A DNA stretch of 64,000 bases, from positions 19,774,587 to 19,838,586 of the forward strand of contig CM120648.1 of NCBI GenBank assembly GCA_051362555.1. Direction: 5' to 3'. A program made the position numbers and the translations under genes. The DNA is from Lingula anatina (Eukaryota; Animalia; Brachiopoda). The notes under the pieces are model-generated. The model searched no databases. It saw only the letters and a program-made list of their open reading frames with translations, and was not told the DNA's origin. Below are positions 1-13,200 of the stretch, piece after piece; the first letter of the stretch is position 1, and every line of letters begins with the position of its first letter.

Positions 1-726
1 ATTAATTACACCAAAGACTCTATAAAAGGGAAATGTATGCATGCGCAAAGGCCATCATACGTAATGGGATTTACTCGTCACAAATAATAGCCTGTAAACT
101 AAAGGTGATGTCGCTATTAGCGCTCGGTTGTGATTTGCGATGCTTTCGAGTTAAGGGATAGCGACAATCACCATACTTGTGCTCGGTCGCAATTTGCGAT
201 GCTTTACAGTTACTGACCCATGATCTACAAAATGTCTAACAATTATCATTTATCAATTGTAATAAATACTACAAATATTAAGAGAGCATATGGTATTCAC
301 TTACAGAAGATAGAAACAATTGTTTCATTTGAAGAACTATAAACCTTGCTTAAATTCAAAACAGAAGTCTTATGATCATATACCACCAATTATTTTCCGT
401 ATATCATCCAAACGGATTACAATCTATCATTGGAATTAGATTTCTTAACATTTTTTTGAAAAGATACCATTTTTCAGATTACATTCTAACTCCGCACATA
501 TTAACCCTATAGGTTCAAGATTTCAGTTTTGCCAACTCGATCTTGATTTCATATATAATGTTTTTATATCTTCAGAAGCAAATGTTTTTGATAAGCAAAA
601 AATGCAAAAACATCCGGTGTATCTTTTTCTTTTAAAATGTATTTATTTTTCAATTTACATCTTACATACAGTAAATGAAATTAAATAAAGCAAAATTAAA
701 TCTGATTTACGTTTCATATTGGACTA

Positions 727-746
727 TGTGTGTGTGTGTGTGTGTG
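727..746. repeat. (TG)n microsatellite
   Basis: Uninterrupted TG run. Confidence 0.95.
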
Positions 747-1103
747 CACGAGAAAAGACAGAGATCTTGAAATCATGAGCACATTTGAACTGGCCTTTAC
801 AAGGTGACAACAAGTTTGTAGAACACGACACGAAGGCTGCCCTAATCTTACACTTCTTGCCAGTATATACTGCCATGCATACGTTATTTTCTGGACCTCT
901 TTTGCAATACCCCCCCCCCCTGTAAATTAATATTTTGAAATTTTGTTCACTTTTAAAGCGGTTAAAAGACATGCATAGTGATTTGAATGAAGCAGGAAAT
1001 TTAAGAAATCATCACATGTATTCACATCAAACTGGCAAAGGGAAATGTAGTTTTGAGTTTCAGCTTTCTTTCAAGTTTTTAGGTAGAAGGTACTTAATTT
1101 TCA

Positions 1104-1140
<37 letters not shown>
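1104..1140. repeat. (AAT)n microsatellite
   Basis: About 12 AAT units. Confidence 0.95.
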
Positions 1141-1956
1141 TAGTCTGATTTTCATGATTTTAACAGGTCATTTGACTTTAATTGAACTACATTATTTTGT
1201 TACAATATGATCGATCTATCAACATAAAACGTGTCACATCAAACTAAACTCCTTATTCAAGGAAAAATTAAAGTTAAAGCGTTGACAGCACGTCGTGTCC
1301 AGTGCCACTTCTGTACTTTCTTTTCTTGAGGACGCTCAGTGGCACTCCCGGAACACCCAGCTCTACTATCATTGCTGGACAATGGCATCTCATTGCCCTA
1401 TATAAACATTATATTTGTAAGTTGGTGCGATACAACTGTTGCGTTTGCGAAATATATTCTGGAATTTGCTTCTCCCTGTGGGTCAAAATTTAGATCACAC
1501 TTATTACTCCATAAAATAAAACAATTATCATTTAAATTCACAAACTAGTGTTGTTTGGGTCATTTCATAAAATACTACTCTGCAAGGAGAATTCTTTATC
1601 AAACAAAAAGCAAAGATGAGGCAAATAAAATCAAATAATGCAATGTTTTAGTAGACGAAGTAATTATATTATAGTGATCAGGGATTTCCAAGGACTTCTC
1701 AGGAATCCAAGCACCCCTTGTGGTCTCTGTATTACTTTAAATGAAGTTATATTCTGAAGATATACATCTATGTGTATAAATTTATAAGGCTGGAGACCTT
1801 GCCTTCAGTTCTTTATTTTTATTCAGTTAATTATTCTATTTCGCTGAAGTTCAGTGGTTAACAGTGTCTGTTTACATACACTGTATAGGATAATGCTCTT
1901 CTGATACAAGTTGGGCCTTTGGGTTTCCTGTACACAATGATCACACCGTAAGTGTT

Positions 1957-2362
1957 TGTCAGGAAAAACAACAGCGCTTAGAACGCTTCCAAAATTATTT
2001 ATTCTATATTCATACAGTACTACATCTCATGTAAACCTACTGTCACAGGTGCATGTTGTGAACTAGTAACTCTCGGTATTTCAGAGGTAAATCTTTTATC
2101 CTTGCGTAATCGTGTTTCCCCGATACGTCCTTGAACTGTCCCGGTCCTAGGTCTGAATTACAATGCACTTCATTATGATAACAAATAAGTGCATAAAGGG
2201 TCCTAAAGCAAAGTGGTGTCATTGAACAATACTGCCAGGAAAGACAACAGCGCCTAAAACTCCTCCACAATCATCCGAAACAGCCATGCCGCATGGCCCC
2301 GATTTTTCTTCTCCCCCCCTTTTTTGTGATCTCCCAACCCAGGAGAGCTTAATTCTCTGACA
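1957..2362 (-). repeat. 3' LTR (406 bp)
   Basis: Direct repeat of 3990-4394. By eye only about 2 substitutions and a 1-nt indel, near 2295-2320. Confidence 0.95.
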
Positions 2363-2373
2363 ACTACCCCCTA
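2363..2373 (-). other. Polypurine tract
   Basis: Minus strand TAGGGGGTAGT abuts the 3' LTR. Confidence 0.75.
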
Positions 2374-2704
2374 CTAAGAAAAACATTTACTGTTTTTCAA
2401 TTAATAAATGGTTAAGGTTACAAACACGGTAATAACCCTTTTACAACTCTATATAAAACGTCAACATGTTCATCTACACAACCAAATAAATTAATTAGTC
2501 TGACGACAACCCCTGAACTGTGTAACACCTTCAAAGAATCTTAACTATATATATAATAACAGTAAACAGCTTAACTACTTAAGTTACACAAGAACTCTTA
2601 CTAATAATAAACTTAGTAACTACAATGGAACTCTTGAAACAACTTGACCACTTCTTCACTTACAAATGTGAAACTTAATATAACATCTAGCACAAACTTC
2701 ATAT

Positions 2705-2930
2705 TTAACACAACCTACTGAGGTAATCTGCACCCACATTATCTGATCCTTAATAGCTTCGACTCTGAAATTATTCTTCAGATAAAGTGCCCATCTCATC
2801 AATCGACCGTTTTGTCTTTGACTTCTGGAGGTAGGTTAACGGTTCATGATCAGTTTGCACTGTGAACTCCTTCCCATACAAGTAATTTTGAATTTTTTTC
2901 ACACCAAACACTACACCAAGACATTCTCGT
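2705..2930 (-). pseudogene. Gypsy Pol RNase H C-terminal fragment, frameshifted
   Basis: Minus-strand translation across two frameshifts: RECLGVVFGVKKIQNYLYGKEFTVQTDHEPLTYL / NGRLMRWALYL / DNVGADYLSRLC*. Contains the RNase H TDH and ADxLSR motifs. Confidence 0.9.
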
Positions 2931-3141
2931 TGAAACTTTGTGTCAAGTTCTTGCTTTTCATTTCTAATTCATGGTTTAATCTTAACACTTCTAATTCCTG
3001 TTTCTTTCTTTCATCCTCACGTACCCGCGCCCTCTCTTCACGCTCTAGGTACTGCTGTTCACATTTTGCAACATACTCTCTCAACTGTTCAGCTTCATAC
3101 CCTAACTTTTGACCATCACTGATGTATTTACTCGTATCCAT
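2911..3141 (-). pseudogene. Gypsy gag N-terminal coiled-coil fragment
   Basis: ORF MDTSKYISDGQKLGY...EREERARVREDERKKQELEVLRL, placed downstream of the PBS and joined by deletion to RNase H. Confidence 0.75.
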
Positions 3142-3428
3142 GCTGTAGGATGTTTTCTAGCTGTCTATAGGTAAAACGAATATCTACTCAACTAAAGAGT
3201 GCTACACACTACTCTACGTACAACAGTGCTTTACTAAATCACTTAAGTACACTTAGCACTCTACAGTTCTATGTTACCACACTGTATCACTACAGCAGAC
3301 TACCACCTACATGTACTGTTACTACACTTCACTTAATTACACTCCTGTAATGTAACACTGTTGAATATATCCACGCACTGTACTTCTTGTAATGTAGACA
3401 CAACTAAAGGTAACACGAAATCATCATA

Positions 3429-3706
3429 CCAACACATTACACACTTTTGTAATGCACAACACCGCTATAGGGTACAACTGTATTACTGCTAACCACTGTT
3501 AGACAGAACCAACACATTACACACTTTTGTAATGCACAACACCACTATAGGGTACAACTGTATTACTGCTAACCACTGTTAGACAGTACCAACACATTAC
3601 ACACTTTTGTAATGCACAACACTACTATAAGGTACAACTGTATTACTGCTAACCACTGTTAGACAGTACCAACACATTACACACTTTTGTAATGCACAAC
3701 ACTACT
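3429..3706. repeat. 80-bp tandem repeat, about 3.5 copies, in the LTR element leader
   Basis: Unit CCAACACATTACACACTTTTGTAATGCAC... starts at 3429, 3509, 3589 and 3669. Confidence 0.95.
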
Positions 3707-3969
3707 GTCACTGATAACATTTAAGTGTCAGTTGATCAACCTGAATAAACACTGTCAGCTGCATGGGCTATAACGTTCATAACACCAGTCCACTTCTAGT
3801 ATCACACGGCACACAACTGTAGCTAACGGTATGATAGCATATGTTCCAGTCAGTTCGTTTCACTACACCGAGCATCACACAGTTATTATAGTTATCAAGG
3901 CTACAACTCACGTCACACGTTGATATCGGTTGTTCCACAGTCAGCATCGTTCCGCTGTCTTTATTCAGC

Positions 3970-3986
3970 TCCCGGACGAGCCCCCA
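3970..3986 (-). other. Primer binding site, tRNA-Pro
   Basis: Minus strand TGGGGGCTCGTCCGGGA, 3 nt from the 5' LTR. This is the classical tRNA-Pro PBS. Confidence 0.92.
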
Positions 3987-3989
3987 AAT

Positions 3990-4394
3990 TGTCAGGAAAA
4001 ACAACAGCGCTTAGAACGCTTCCAAAATTATTTATTCTATATTCATACAGTACTACATCTCATGTAAACCTACTGTCACAGGTGCATGTTGTGAACTAGT
4101 AACTCTCGGTATTTCAGAGGTAAATCTTTTATCCTTGCGTAATCGTGTTTCCCCGATACGTCCTTGAACTGTCCCGGTCCTAGGTCTGAATTACAATGCA
4201 CTTCATTATGATAACAAATAAGTGCATAAAGGGTCCTAAAGCAAAGTGGTGTCATTGAACAATACTGCCAGGAAAGACAACAGCGCCTAAAACTCCTCCA
4301 CAATCATCCGAAACAGCCATGCCGCATCGCCCCCATTTTTCTTCTCCCCCCTTTTTTGTGATCTCCCAACCCAGGAGAGCTTAATTCTCTGACA
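3990..4394 (-). repeat. 5' LTR (405 bp)
   Basis: Repeat of 1957-2362, adjacent to the PBS. Confidence 0.95.
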
Positions 4395-4422
4395 GTGTTT
4401 TAAAAAAAGTCCTTACATGTAA

Positions 4423-4504
4423 CAGCGCTCGGCTGACTGCAATATAGCGTGAACCCCCAGGGAGTTAGGTCGATCTAGTTGGATCGATCTAAATCTCTGG
4501 GAAT
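4423..4504 (-). mobile_element. Fragment of GATCGATC-box MITE family
   Basis: Reverse complement aligns with about 19986-20075 and 35773-35850. Confidence 0.75.
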
Positions 4505-4796
4505 GCCATCATAGACGACGTGCAATTCTTCCTTTATGCAAGGTTAGGGAGACAACAGGGATTTATGGTTACAAACTGAAATAACCTTGAAACTTATCTG
4601 AAAACTTAGAGCAAAGATGTATTTAGCCTGCACGTATGTGATATCTTCAAGATTATAAATCCATTACTCAATAAAAAACGCCGTTAAAATGAAAAGTATA
4701 ATGGTAATATAATTAAAACGCCACACAGGTTACACAAAGTGACAAAGAATCTAATTCGTGGCAATAACTGATATCTATGAATCAAGTCACAGAAGT

Positions 4797-5116
4797 ACAA
4801 CGAGTTATTTCAATGACAGTATCCTCTTTCAGCAGTCACTGTGCTGGTAGGTACACATGTATGCTAGTACCTGTTATACAACGAGTTATTTCAATGACAG
4901 TATCCTCTCTCAGCAGCTACTGTGCTGGTAGGTACACATGTATGCTAGTACCTGTTATACAACGAGTTATTTCAATGACAGTATCCTCTCTCAGTAGCTA
5001 CTGTGCTGGTAGGTACACATGTATGCTAGTACCTGTTATACAACGAGTTATTTCAATGACAGTATCCTCTCTCAGCAGCTACTGTGCTGGTAGGTACACA
5101 TGTATGCTAGTACCTG
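4797..5116. repeat. 81-bp minisatellite, about 4 copies
   Basis: Unit ACAACGAGTTATTTCAATGACAG... at 4797, 4878, 4959 and 5040. Confidence 0.95.
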
Positions 5117-7013
5117 CTTTAAACACGTATGACATGGTTACTGGGATATTGAAAAAGGCAGGGTCACATGCAACATAGCACGTAAAGAGACAGTTTCCCG
5201 CCATTTCCTAAAAAAGGGAATTGCCGCCCTATTGTCGTAGATTGATATTGATAGTTTTCTGGCCAATAGATGTGATTGTAACATTACATCCTAGACACAT
5301 TTCTTGACACGTGTACCGTAGGTATGTGGGTTTTTACTGGTCACAATTTGTCGAGCATAATGAAATACCTTTAACTGTTTAACGCTGCAGGCAAACATGC
5401 AGCAGTTTATCAGAGGAAGGGTGCGACAGTTGCTAAGGATCATTTCTGCCTTGTGTGAGAACATTTGAGATAAAGGACATTAACGCTAAGAGCAGAAGGT
5501 TTGTTTCATTTAAACTGTATATACTCGTCCACACAGAGCACTTGTACTCGCTGACTAATTGCAGGAACAAAGCAACCACAGCAGCTATCAGAGTCGCTAC
5601 ATGCAAGCCTTATAGACTATCTGCGGGTAGCCATTCCTCACCAAATCAACGGCGTATTGAACCAGCTACGACAAATACTTCGATGTTGTTACTTGGATAT
5701 CGGTCGAGCTTGTTTTGGCAGTTTTTAGTTGCCCCCTTCTGGCAAGTATATTATATGTCAATTTTCACGGTTAATTCCATCTCTCTGGTATTTTAAGTAT
5801 AGACTGCGGTGCAGATTATGGACCTATATTTGACTTTATTTAATTTATCACAGTCTGTGTATACAATCGACGTAAAACTCGCTTCTGATACTTTGCATGT
5901 ACCTGCGTTTATGATAGAGCTTAACATCATGTTCCCCCTATATCATAATATTGGCGTCATTTATCAGTGTCGGATTTAGAGGTTGTCAGGGGGATCCCTT
6001 CGATTTCTAAAAAATAAATCACACCAATGGTCCCCTCTTGAAATTAGCCAAGGGGTGGTTCGGTTTTGCGTGCCCGGATCCCCCCTTCAAATAATACTTG
6101 ACCCGTCCCTGATTAAAGATGGAAAATGCTAAAATAATGGCTCAATGTGTGCCGTACTTAGACCCCGGATGATGGGACGAAACGAAAGTGTGTTCATAAC
6201 GTTGCGTGAGGTAACTTTCCTCCCTGCTGTCTGCAAAAACCAACACAAAGTTATGAACTGAATGTTTCATAAGGGGAACCTCTCAGTCACCCATGATGAG
6301 GCAATAGTCGACTAGCCTGCCTCACGAGATAGACTGAGGGACAGCTTTCCGTGCACACCTCCCTTACGAAAACATATTGTTTATTTAGTGCCGTATTACA
6401 AGTTCAGTGTTATTGTTCACTATGTCAGCTCAGCGTAGCAAGGATTTGCATTCACATTGTGTGTACAAAGAAATACTTTCTGGATGGCTATATTTAGAAA
6501 ACGTACATAGTAACCAACCATTTATTGCCTGCCAAATGCTGTCCTTTGGGTGTTCCAATAACTTCTGTCAAATTGTTTTGGATTTGTTTATAAGAATATG
6601 CCATATTGTTACGAATGTTATGAAAGTAAGAAAAAAAGGTCAATTAAGAAGGCGAAATATGGACGCTAACAGAACCACAGACAACCTTCTATACGACACT
6701 AGTGGACTGCAATATTTTGTGAGGTCAAATGACACTTATCAGTATGACAAAGACGCAGAAGAATGCACGTAGTATATACAGCCGCCGAGCACAACAGAGG
6801 GTTTTTTTCTGACAGTACATCAACACAATTAGCTCAAGCACTTAAGCAATAACTACAAATGCAGGTCTAACAGCAAAGGTGGCCTTATACAAGGGTTCTT
6901 TTTAATGTTCCTCTAAGTGATAAATAAATGACATATTAACCAAAATGACGGCACGGGATTGAACACCATACACTTCTCGCCACCTGTGTAAAACTTGGTC
7001 AAGATCTCATTTA

Positions 7014-8679
7014 AGCCTAGGTCCCAAATGCTTTTTGGACGCACGGATTTTAGGTTCCTTGCGTCTGGCTAGGACGTAACTAGATCGCACGTACACTGTA
7101 AAAACAGTGTTTAGCATTTAAATACAAACAACACACGTTAGACACCTATACGCATTTAGAAATCTGTGTAAATGCTAAACGAGTATAGCTTTTCAAACGT
7201 TTCACAGAAGAAAAAGCTAGACACGTTGGCATTGTTACACGTTTAGCTATGTGTTTAGCTTCACCGGCATATGATTCTATAACAAGTCTATCACAAGCTA
7301 AGCACATTGGCTAAGCACTTCCCCTGCTAAGCGCGTGAGGCTGCTAAACATATGGAGCTGCTTTAGGTGTGGAATTCCTTAACGCGTGGAGCTGCTAAAC
7401 AACATGTTTAGCTTTTCAAGCTCGTCACAGAAAAAAATGCTTCACAATCCCATATATACGATCCCATAACAAGTTTATTACAAGACTCAACAATTTTGCT
7501 TAACACTTCCCCTTGTAAACATATGGGGCTGTTGGAGGCGAGAAGCAGCCTGCTCGAACGGGTTGTGTCCTTCCTTGCAGTAACGTGTGATTATTTAAAA
7601 TAGGCCTATTAAGTAATAATCCAAATAACAAATAACGTTTTCACGACGTTATCAGCTGGTTACATGATGGTGATGGTATAGAATAACGTCATGGTAACGT
7701 TATGGGTGGTTTTAACTCCATGCAAAATGATGCCCTTGCAGTTTTATAAGCGTTTTATAACATTCTGGTAAAACATTATTTAATGTTTTGAAAACTTTTT
7801 TTTATTAATCACCAAAACACGTCTTATGCTGTATGAACTATAGTTAGCGGTTAATTCCAAAATGGGCTTGGGTTAGTCGGCGACTAGAGCGGTGCGATTT
7901 GAAAAATATTCGGACTATCGTTACCAAAATAACCAGCATGTGATGAAAGCTTAAATAAACCATTATAATGAATACCCCACCATCATCCTGATGTTCTATT
8001 GTTCATTACTTCCGGAAAAAATAAATGAACATCAATACCTTAACGCATTTTATCAAAATATGAAAAAAAATGTTTTAAAGTAAAAGTGATAGTTGTTTCT
8101 TGTCTTTAGTAAACTAGTGAATTTTCCTAACTTGTTTTTCAGAAATATATTCCAATTAACTTCCTCGCAAGGTCAGCTAACACAAGGATGAATAAGTCCC
8201 GCTGTAAAGATGATGGTGTGAATCAACTATGTTGACAGTTCACGGTACCCTGTTGTAGATAGAGATAGCTATAGCAGTTAAAGGTGACCGTGACTTCGCG
8301 CGCACTCGCGAGTGTGTGTGTGAGAGAGTGACTGAAACAGTTGAAAACGTTACAACCTTAAAGTTAAACAAATACACCCTACATTTATTAGGCGTCAAGC
8401 ACGTCAAAGCGTGTAACATGTTAATAGGCTAAACGTGCTTAGGTGCTAAACGCGTGGAAAAAATGAGACAAAACAGGCGCTTAGAAATGTGTCTCCGAGC
8501 TAAACACTGTCTTTACAGTGTAGCGGCTGTTGAACATGTCGTTAAGTTTCTACGTGCTGTTTGCGTCCTCCAAAAGTCGCACGATGGACGTACTCCTCAC
8601 GCACGAACTCCTACGTTTTCCCCATTTTTCGGCCGTAGAAAACTCGTAGCAGCCCGTACGTTCGGTTGGGACCTAAGCT
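7014..8679. mobile_element. PIF/Harbinger-type MITE, interrupted by a CACTA element
   Basis: TIR AGCCTAGGTCCCA / TGGGACCTAAGCT. TTA TSD at 7011-7013 and 8680-8682. Confidence 0.8.
7094..8520. mobile_element. Non-autonomous CACTA/EnSpm-like element
   Basis: 22-bp TIR CACTGTAAAAACAGTGTTTAGC / GCTAAACACTGTCTTTACAGTG. 2-bp TSD TA. Many GCTAAAC/GTTTAGC subterminal repeats. Confidence 0.85.
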
Positions 8680-8847
8680 TTAGGGATGATGTTACACTGC
8701 ACGCCCCATACGCAGGTCTCATAAAAGATAAATTATAATTGCCGTTTTTTGACACGGTCCTTAGACCAGAGTGTATCAATAACGCCACTGGAATGGTAAC
8801 TGATCAGAATGTTTCGAATGCTGTCGGAATGCCGTGAGAATATTTTA

Positions 8848-9317
8848 AACGCAGTCATAGTGTAGTTAGAATACTATTCAAATGCCATTCAATAATTTTC
8901 CACTTGAAATGCACTTCTAAAGTTTTTAACATTTAGGCGGACCACAAGAATGGGTAAAAATATTTGAAATTCACTCGGAATCTTTAGAATGCTCTTTGAA
9001 TATCCAGGAATGCACAAAGAATTGTCTTTCCGACGGCATTCTGGCTCATTCTGCCTCCAGTGTGACGGGGGTAGAAGCAGATAACGCAGTCATAGTGTAG
9101 TTAGAATACTATTCAAATGCCATTCAATAATTTTCCACTTGAAATGCACTTCTAAAGTTTTTAACATTTAGGCGGACCACAAGAATGGGTAAAAATATTT
9201 GAAATTCACTCGGAATCTTTAGAATGCTCTTTGAATATCCAGGAATGCACAAAGAATTGTCTTTCCGACGGCATTCTGGCTCATTCTGCCTCCAGTGTGA
9301 CGGGGGTAGAAGCAGAT
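8848..9317. repeat. Perfect 235-bp tandem duplication covering the end of a Harbinger-like MITE
   Basis: 8848-9082 equals 9083-9317. Its GTGTGACGGGGG end is the reverse complement of the termini at about 28917 and 31867. Confidence 0.9.
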
Positions 9318-10249
9318 ATCATTTGCAGTGAGGCAAATCAACTACTGCGGTTATTATAAACACTGCAGCAGCTATATAAGGCCATTGCTTTATGGATCAC
9401 AACGATCCAATTTTGTTTTGTCAATATGTGATACGTCAGAAGGGAAGGGGGTGACGTACGACATAACCAACATAGTCCACAGGTCTATGACATATTCCGA
9501 AACGATTTCATAGAAATTATAAGAACATCTGACCGAGAGTAAAAGTTTTAAAATACCCGCACTATAAGGGGGTTTTGGTAATTAAAATGTATTGTTGCCA
9601 ATGAAAATTATCAAAACCGTGTATGTTAGACGGTTCATTTGGCCTAAAGGAAGCGTGAGAAAGGCAATCGGTTATCTCGAGAGGACATTTTATTGCATGC
9701 ACCCCTTTCTTCTCGAACCCCACACAGTATGGTGGTTATCTATATTTCTTCTTGATGTCTATTAGGAATTGTAAAGTCTAAAGTCAGGCGGCTTAGCCCA
9801 AATATTTTGCAAAAGTTGATAAAATCATGAAACTTTTCACGATGAATGATGCATGAACTTTTCATGATGAATGGTGGGGGGGGGGGGGGGGGGCATCTCT
9901 GAAATGTATTAGTACCTGGGTAAGCGGCTTTGTTAAATATGATGACGTTTTAGTGGGTCCAAAATTCACGTATACGAGGCCTTCCTATAAGTTAGAAGGT
10001 ATAAATTGTTCCCAAAAGACAAAGAGGTATGCCTTTTTCTTACGAAAATTTGGCACATGTAGTGTGGCCAGCGGTTTTCAATATTTATTAACTTATAATT
10101 CTTTTAGCAAAAATAATAAAAAAAAATACACTCTCAAAAATGGAAATGGTTTGACGCTATATTGTTGGACACGTTATAGACTAGAAAAGAAAAGATGTAC
10201 ATATAAACATATTCATAATTTATGACGTGTCGGCAACACTAACATCATA

Positions 10250-13200
10250 CTAGAAGGAAAGTAAAAAGCACAGCAACAAAATCAGCTACAATAATTGCTA
10301 CTGACATTTGTATAATTTGAGTCAATAAATTTGTTGGTTATTTAATAATTTCAGATTTATAACTGATAAAACTGTTATCAAAGTCTCTCGTATCCCACCG
10401 TGTTCAGGTCTGTTAAAACCATTAGTGTTCGCTTACTGAATTCATTAACATTTACGCACACAACATCTTAAGGGTGACGTTATTATTGCTATTTGGGGTA
10501 AATTTGAAAAATCCTGTTTCTCAAATTTCTCCTTTAAATGAACAGCCATGAACACCGTTTTAACGCCAATTTAATGACACAATTTAGTACTCCAAAACCC
10601 TGTCAGCAATTTTTCTCAACAGTTTTATTCAGATATTATCTATTATCGTTGATAAAGCAATATAGTCAATCTGTTTAGTGAGGATATGTAAATAAGAGCT
10701 TCTTATTCCATTATAAAACTCTTTTTTAAAACCAAAATGATGGAAAGGGGATTGTAGCCCATTGACATGTGGTCAACTACGACAATTTTCGTGATATTAT
10801 TTTGTTCACTGATAACGCTACGTCCCAAATCGATTTTTATCCCACCTCAAAATAGAAAGGTGTTAAATTGAAGATTAAATCTTAGAGTTGCCTTCGCTTT
10901 AGCACTGCTACGAGAATTATTACGCCAATATTAGATGACATTTTATTGTTTTAAATCAGCAAAGATAGACGCGTTATTGAATAATTAGATGCAGGAAAAA
11001 TATCATTTTCGGTTTCTGAATTATAACAAATGCTTAAAATACCTCTAAGCTTCGTCAGCTTATTTTCTTAACATCCAGCATGCAGCTTAACAGGCCGAGT
11101 CCTATATAGTGGCGTCACCACTTATTTAGCAAGCGGTGTCCAAGACTGACGAAACGCCTGCTCTATTAAAAACCTCTGCATTTTTTTTTTTTTTTTTTTT
11201 TTTTTTTGTGAATTAGGTATGACTTCCTTTGTCCTTTCAGATAAGTTCAGCTAAAATATTTATGATTTTGATAGTTTCCCTACATGCATAATAAACAAGG
11301 CAAGGTACTGCTACAGGGGGGAACACAAGTTCTATAAAAAGTGATCTTGAAGGCCTGGACCTCGTTGATTTTGAGAAAAATTAAAACAATGAGAGAACTA
11401 TTAACTTAAACACCGCTCTAAAACAGTGGATAACGTTTTGTTAACAGTGTTCTCGAAAGCCATGCGCTTGTCTTCAAACAGTTATAACTCTGAGCTAAGC
11501 AAACTAAATTGCAAATATAACATCATTTCCATCTATTGCTTATGCTGCAGGGACAGCTTGTAATGAAAACAGGGAATTTGTCTTGGCTTATCTGCCACTG
11601 TGTTGTTCAAGTCAACCAGGTCGTTGTAAAGGCAGTCTTCTAAAAATAAGTTCTCTTTTATTAAACATACCAAGGTACTTGTAGGTAAAGGTATGCGGGG
11701 TATGGTATTATTTTCTGCTTACCTGCAGACGGGGATAAAAAGAGAGTTAACCTCTATAACCAAGATACACTGATCAGGGCATGGGGATTTTATTGACGAC
11801 AGAGCTGGGTGTAGTGATGCTCTTTGCCTACGCCTCTTGATGCAGAATGGTATTGTGACAGTTAGTGCTCGTATGTTGAAGAGCGGCATAATACACTTTC
11901 ACCCGAGCAATATATCCAATATATAACAGCTTGTGCATCAGAGATGTTAATGTCTACATACACAAAGATATTAATAGGTGCACCTTTTTTGCAATCGACA
12001 TGGGGTTGGGAGACTCTTACTAACTCTTTTACTAGCTTCATAGATGGCATTTTGTAAGGCGAGTGTTCCAAAAAACCAATTGGTTATTTTCAGCTGACCT
12101 ATTACGAGCCACATCATTGATATCAATTCTACACCACTGCCTGTCAAAATCAAAAATCACGGGTACTTTCTCAGCATAGATCCAAAAGATATCATCTGAT
12201 CTCTTTGCCAATAACAGAGAAAGAAGCTCCCATAGAAACGTCCAATTGCAACCTTACTCCCATTTACTGCAGTTACATATAATTACCTTTGGCTGCATTT
12301 AGAACAGGGGACTAACTAGTCCGTGGGTCAAATATGGCAACCCACTAAAAGCTTGCCTTCTAGTCCGCTTACAGACACTGAATAAATTCCCCGTGGGACG
12401 TATTCAATTGAGCTGGTCATATTTGATCCGCTGTTATGATTGCGACCTACAGTATATATATCCCCTGTTTTGCGTTATTAGGCGAGGGGATAACAGATAA
12501 AATCTCAGCTAAGAAATTGACTAATATGCTCTGTTAACCTGCCTGCGAATATTTTCTGTCCTTTAACAGCTGTCCAAATCGCCGAGAAGGGTTAACTTTC
12601 CCCATCTAAGACTGGGTTCCCATCATAATAGCTGGATCGATCTGAGTCTGCGGGACTTTTTTTTCTAAAATGCTTTCACTGTAATAAGATTAATTGTGTG
12701 GCACGCCCGCATGAGTACCAAGGGGATTTTTAACTATGATTAATTACGCCCTAAAGGCATAATTAGGGGTGCCAAATATCTTACCCGTTAACACTTATAG
12801 CAATAAAGTGAGAATTTCCCTGAGCTAGATCGTAGGATGGATTTGTGGGAATGCACCCTATAAGGAACAGATCGCTACAAAAATCACCCTACTTGTTGTG
12901 AAGTACTTGAACTACACATTGTTATCGGGGGTGGGGGGGGGGGGAATTGTTGTTTTTAAGTTAGTCTTTTGAAGTCAAATCCCAAATGACGTAAAGTCAA
13001 ATTTAACGTAAAGGAAAAATAAAATCAGAAGGAAGTCATTTAACTGCGTTCCCATAATCTTGTCGTTCTAGCAGAACCGTTCCATCTCAGTAGGGATTTT
13101 CTCTAAGGCGCAGTCAATTTAATCAGCTGGACCCCTCGCAAGGTAACATGAACAACATGATAGACCACAAAGTTTTCCCGACTTTACCATAGTACTTTAA

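Larger units (their letters stand above)
1957..4394 (-). mobile_element. Non-autonomous, internally deleted Ty3/Gypsy LTR retrotransposon (Gmr1-like)
   Basis: Two near-identical LTRs (1957-2362, 3990-4394) with TGTCAG...CTGACA ends. 5-bp TSD GTGTT at 1952-1956 and 4395-4399. tRNA-Pro PBS, PPT, gag and RNase H remnants on the minus strand. Confidence 0.95.

Noticed and set aside
2043-4303. Two identical 75-aa minus-strand ORFs
   Set aside because: They lie inside the two LTRs. Identity reflects the LTR duplication and there is no protein motif.
3429-5116. 80/81-bp arrays as CRISPR-like
   Set aside because: Head-to-tail tandem units with no unique spacers and no cas genes, in eukaryotic DNA.
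5455-6772. 113-aa and 121-aa ORFs
   Set aside because: Non-ATG starts, no motifs and no convincing splice context.
6935-6990. B-box-like GTTCAATCCC on the minus strand as a tRNA or SINE
   Set aside because: No cloverleaf or A-box can be supported.
11700-12153. Possible minus-strand coding exon in the duplicated block
   Set aside because: No frame is conserved between copies A and B, and the donor is altered in copy B.
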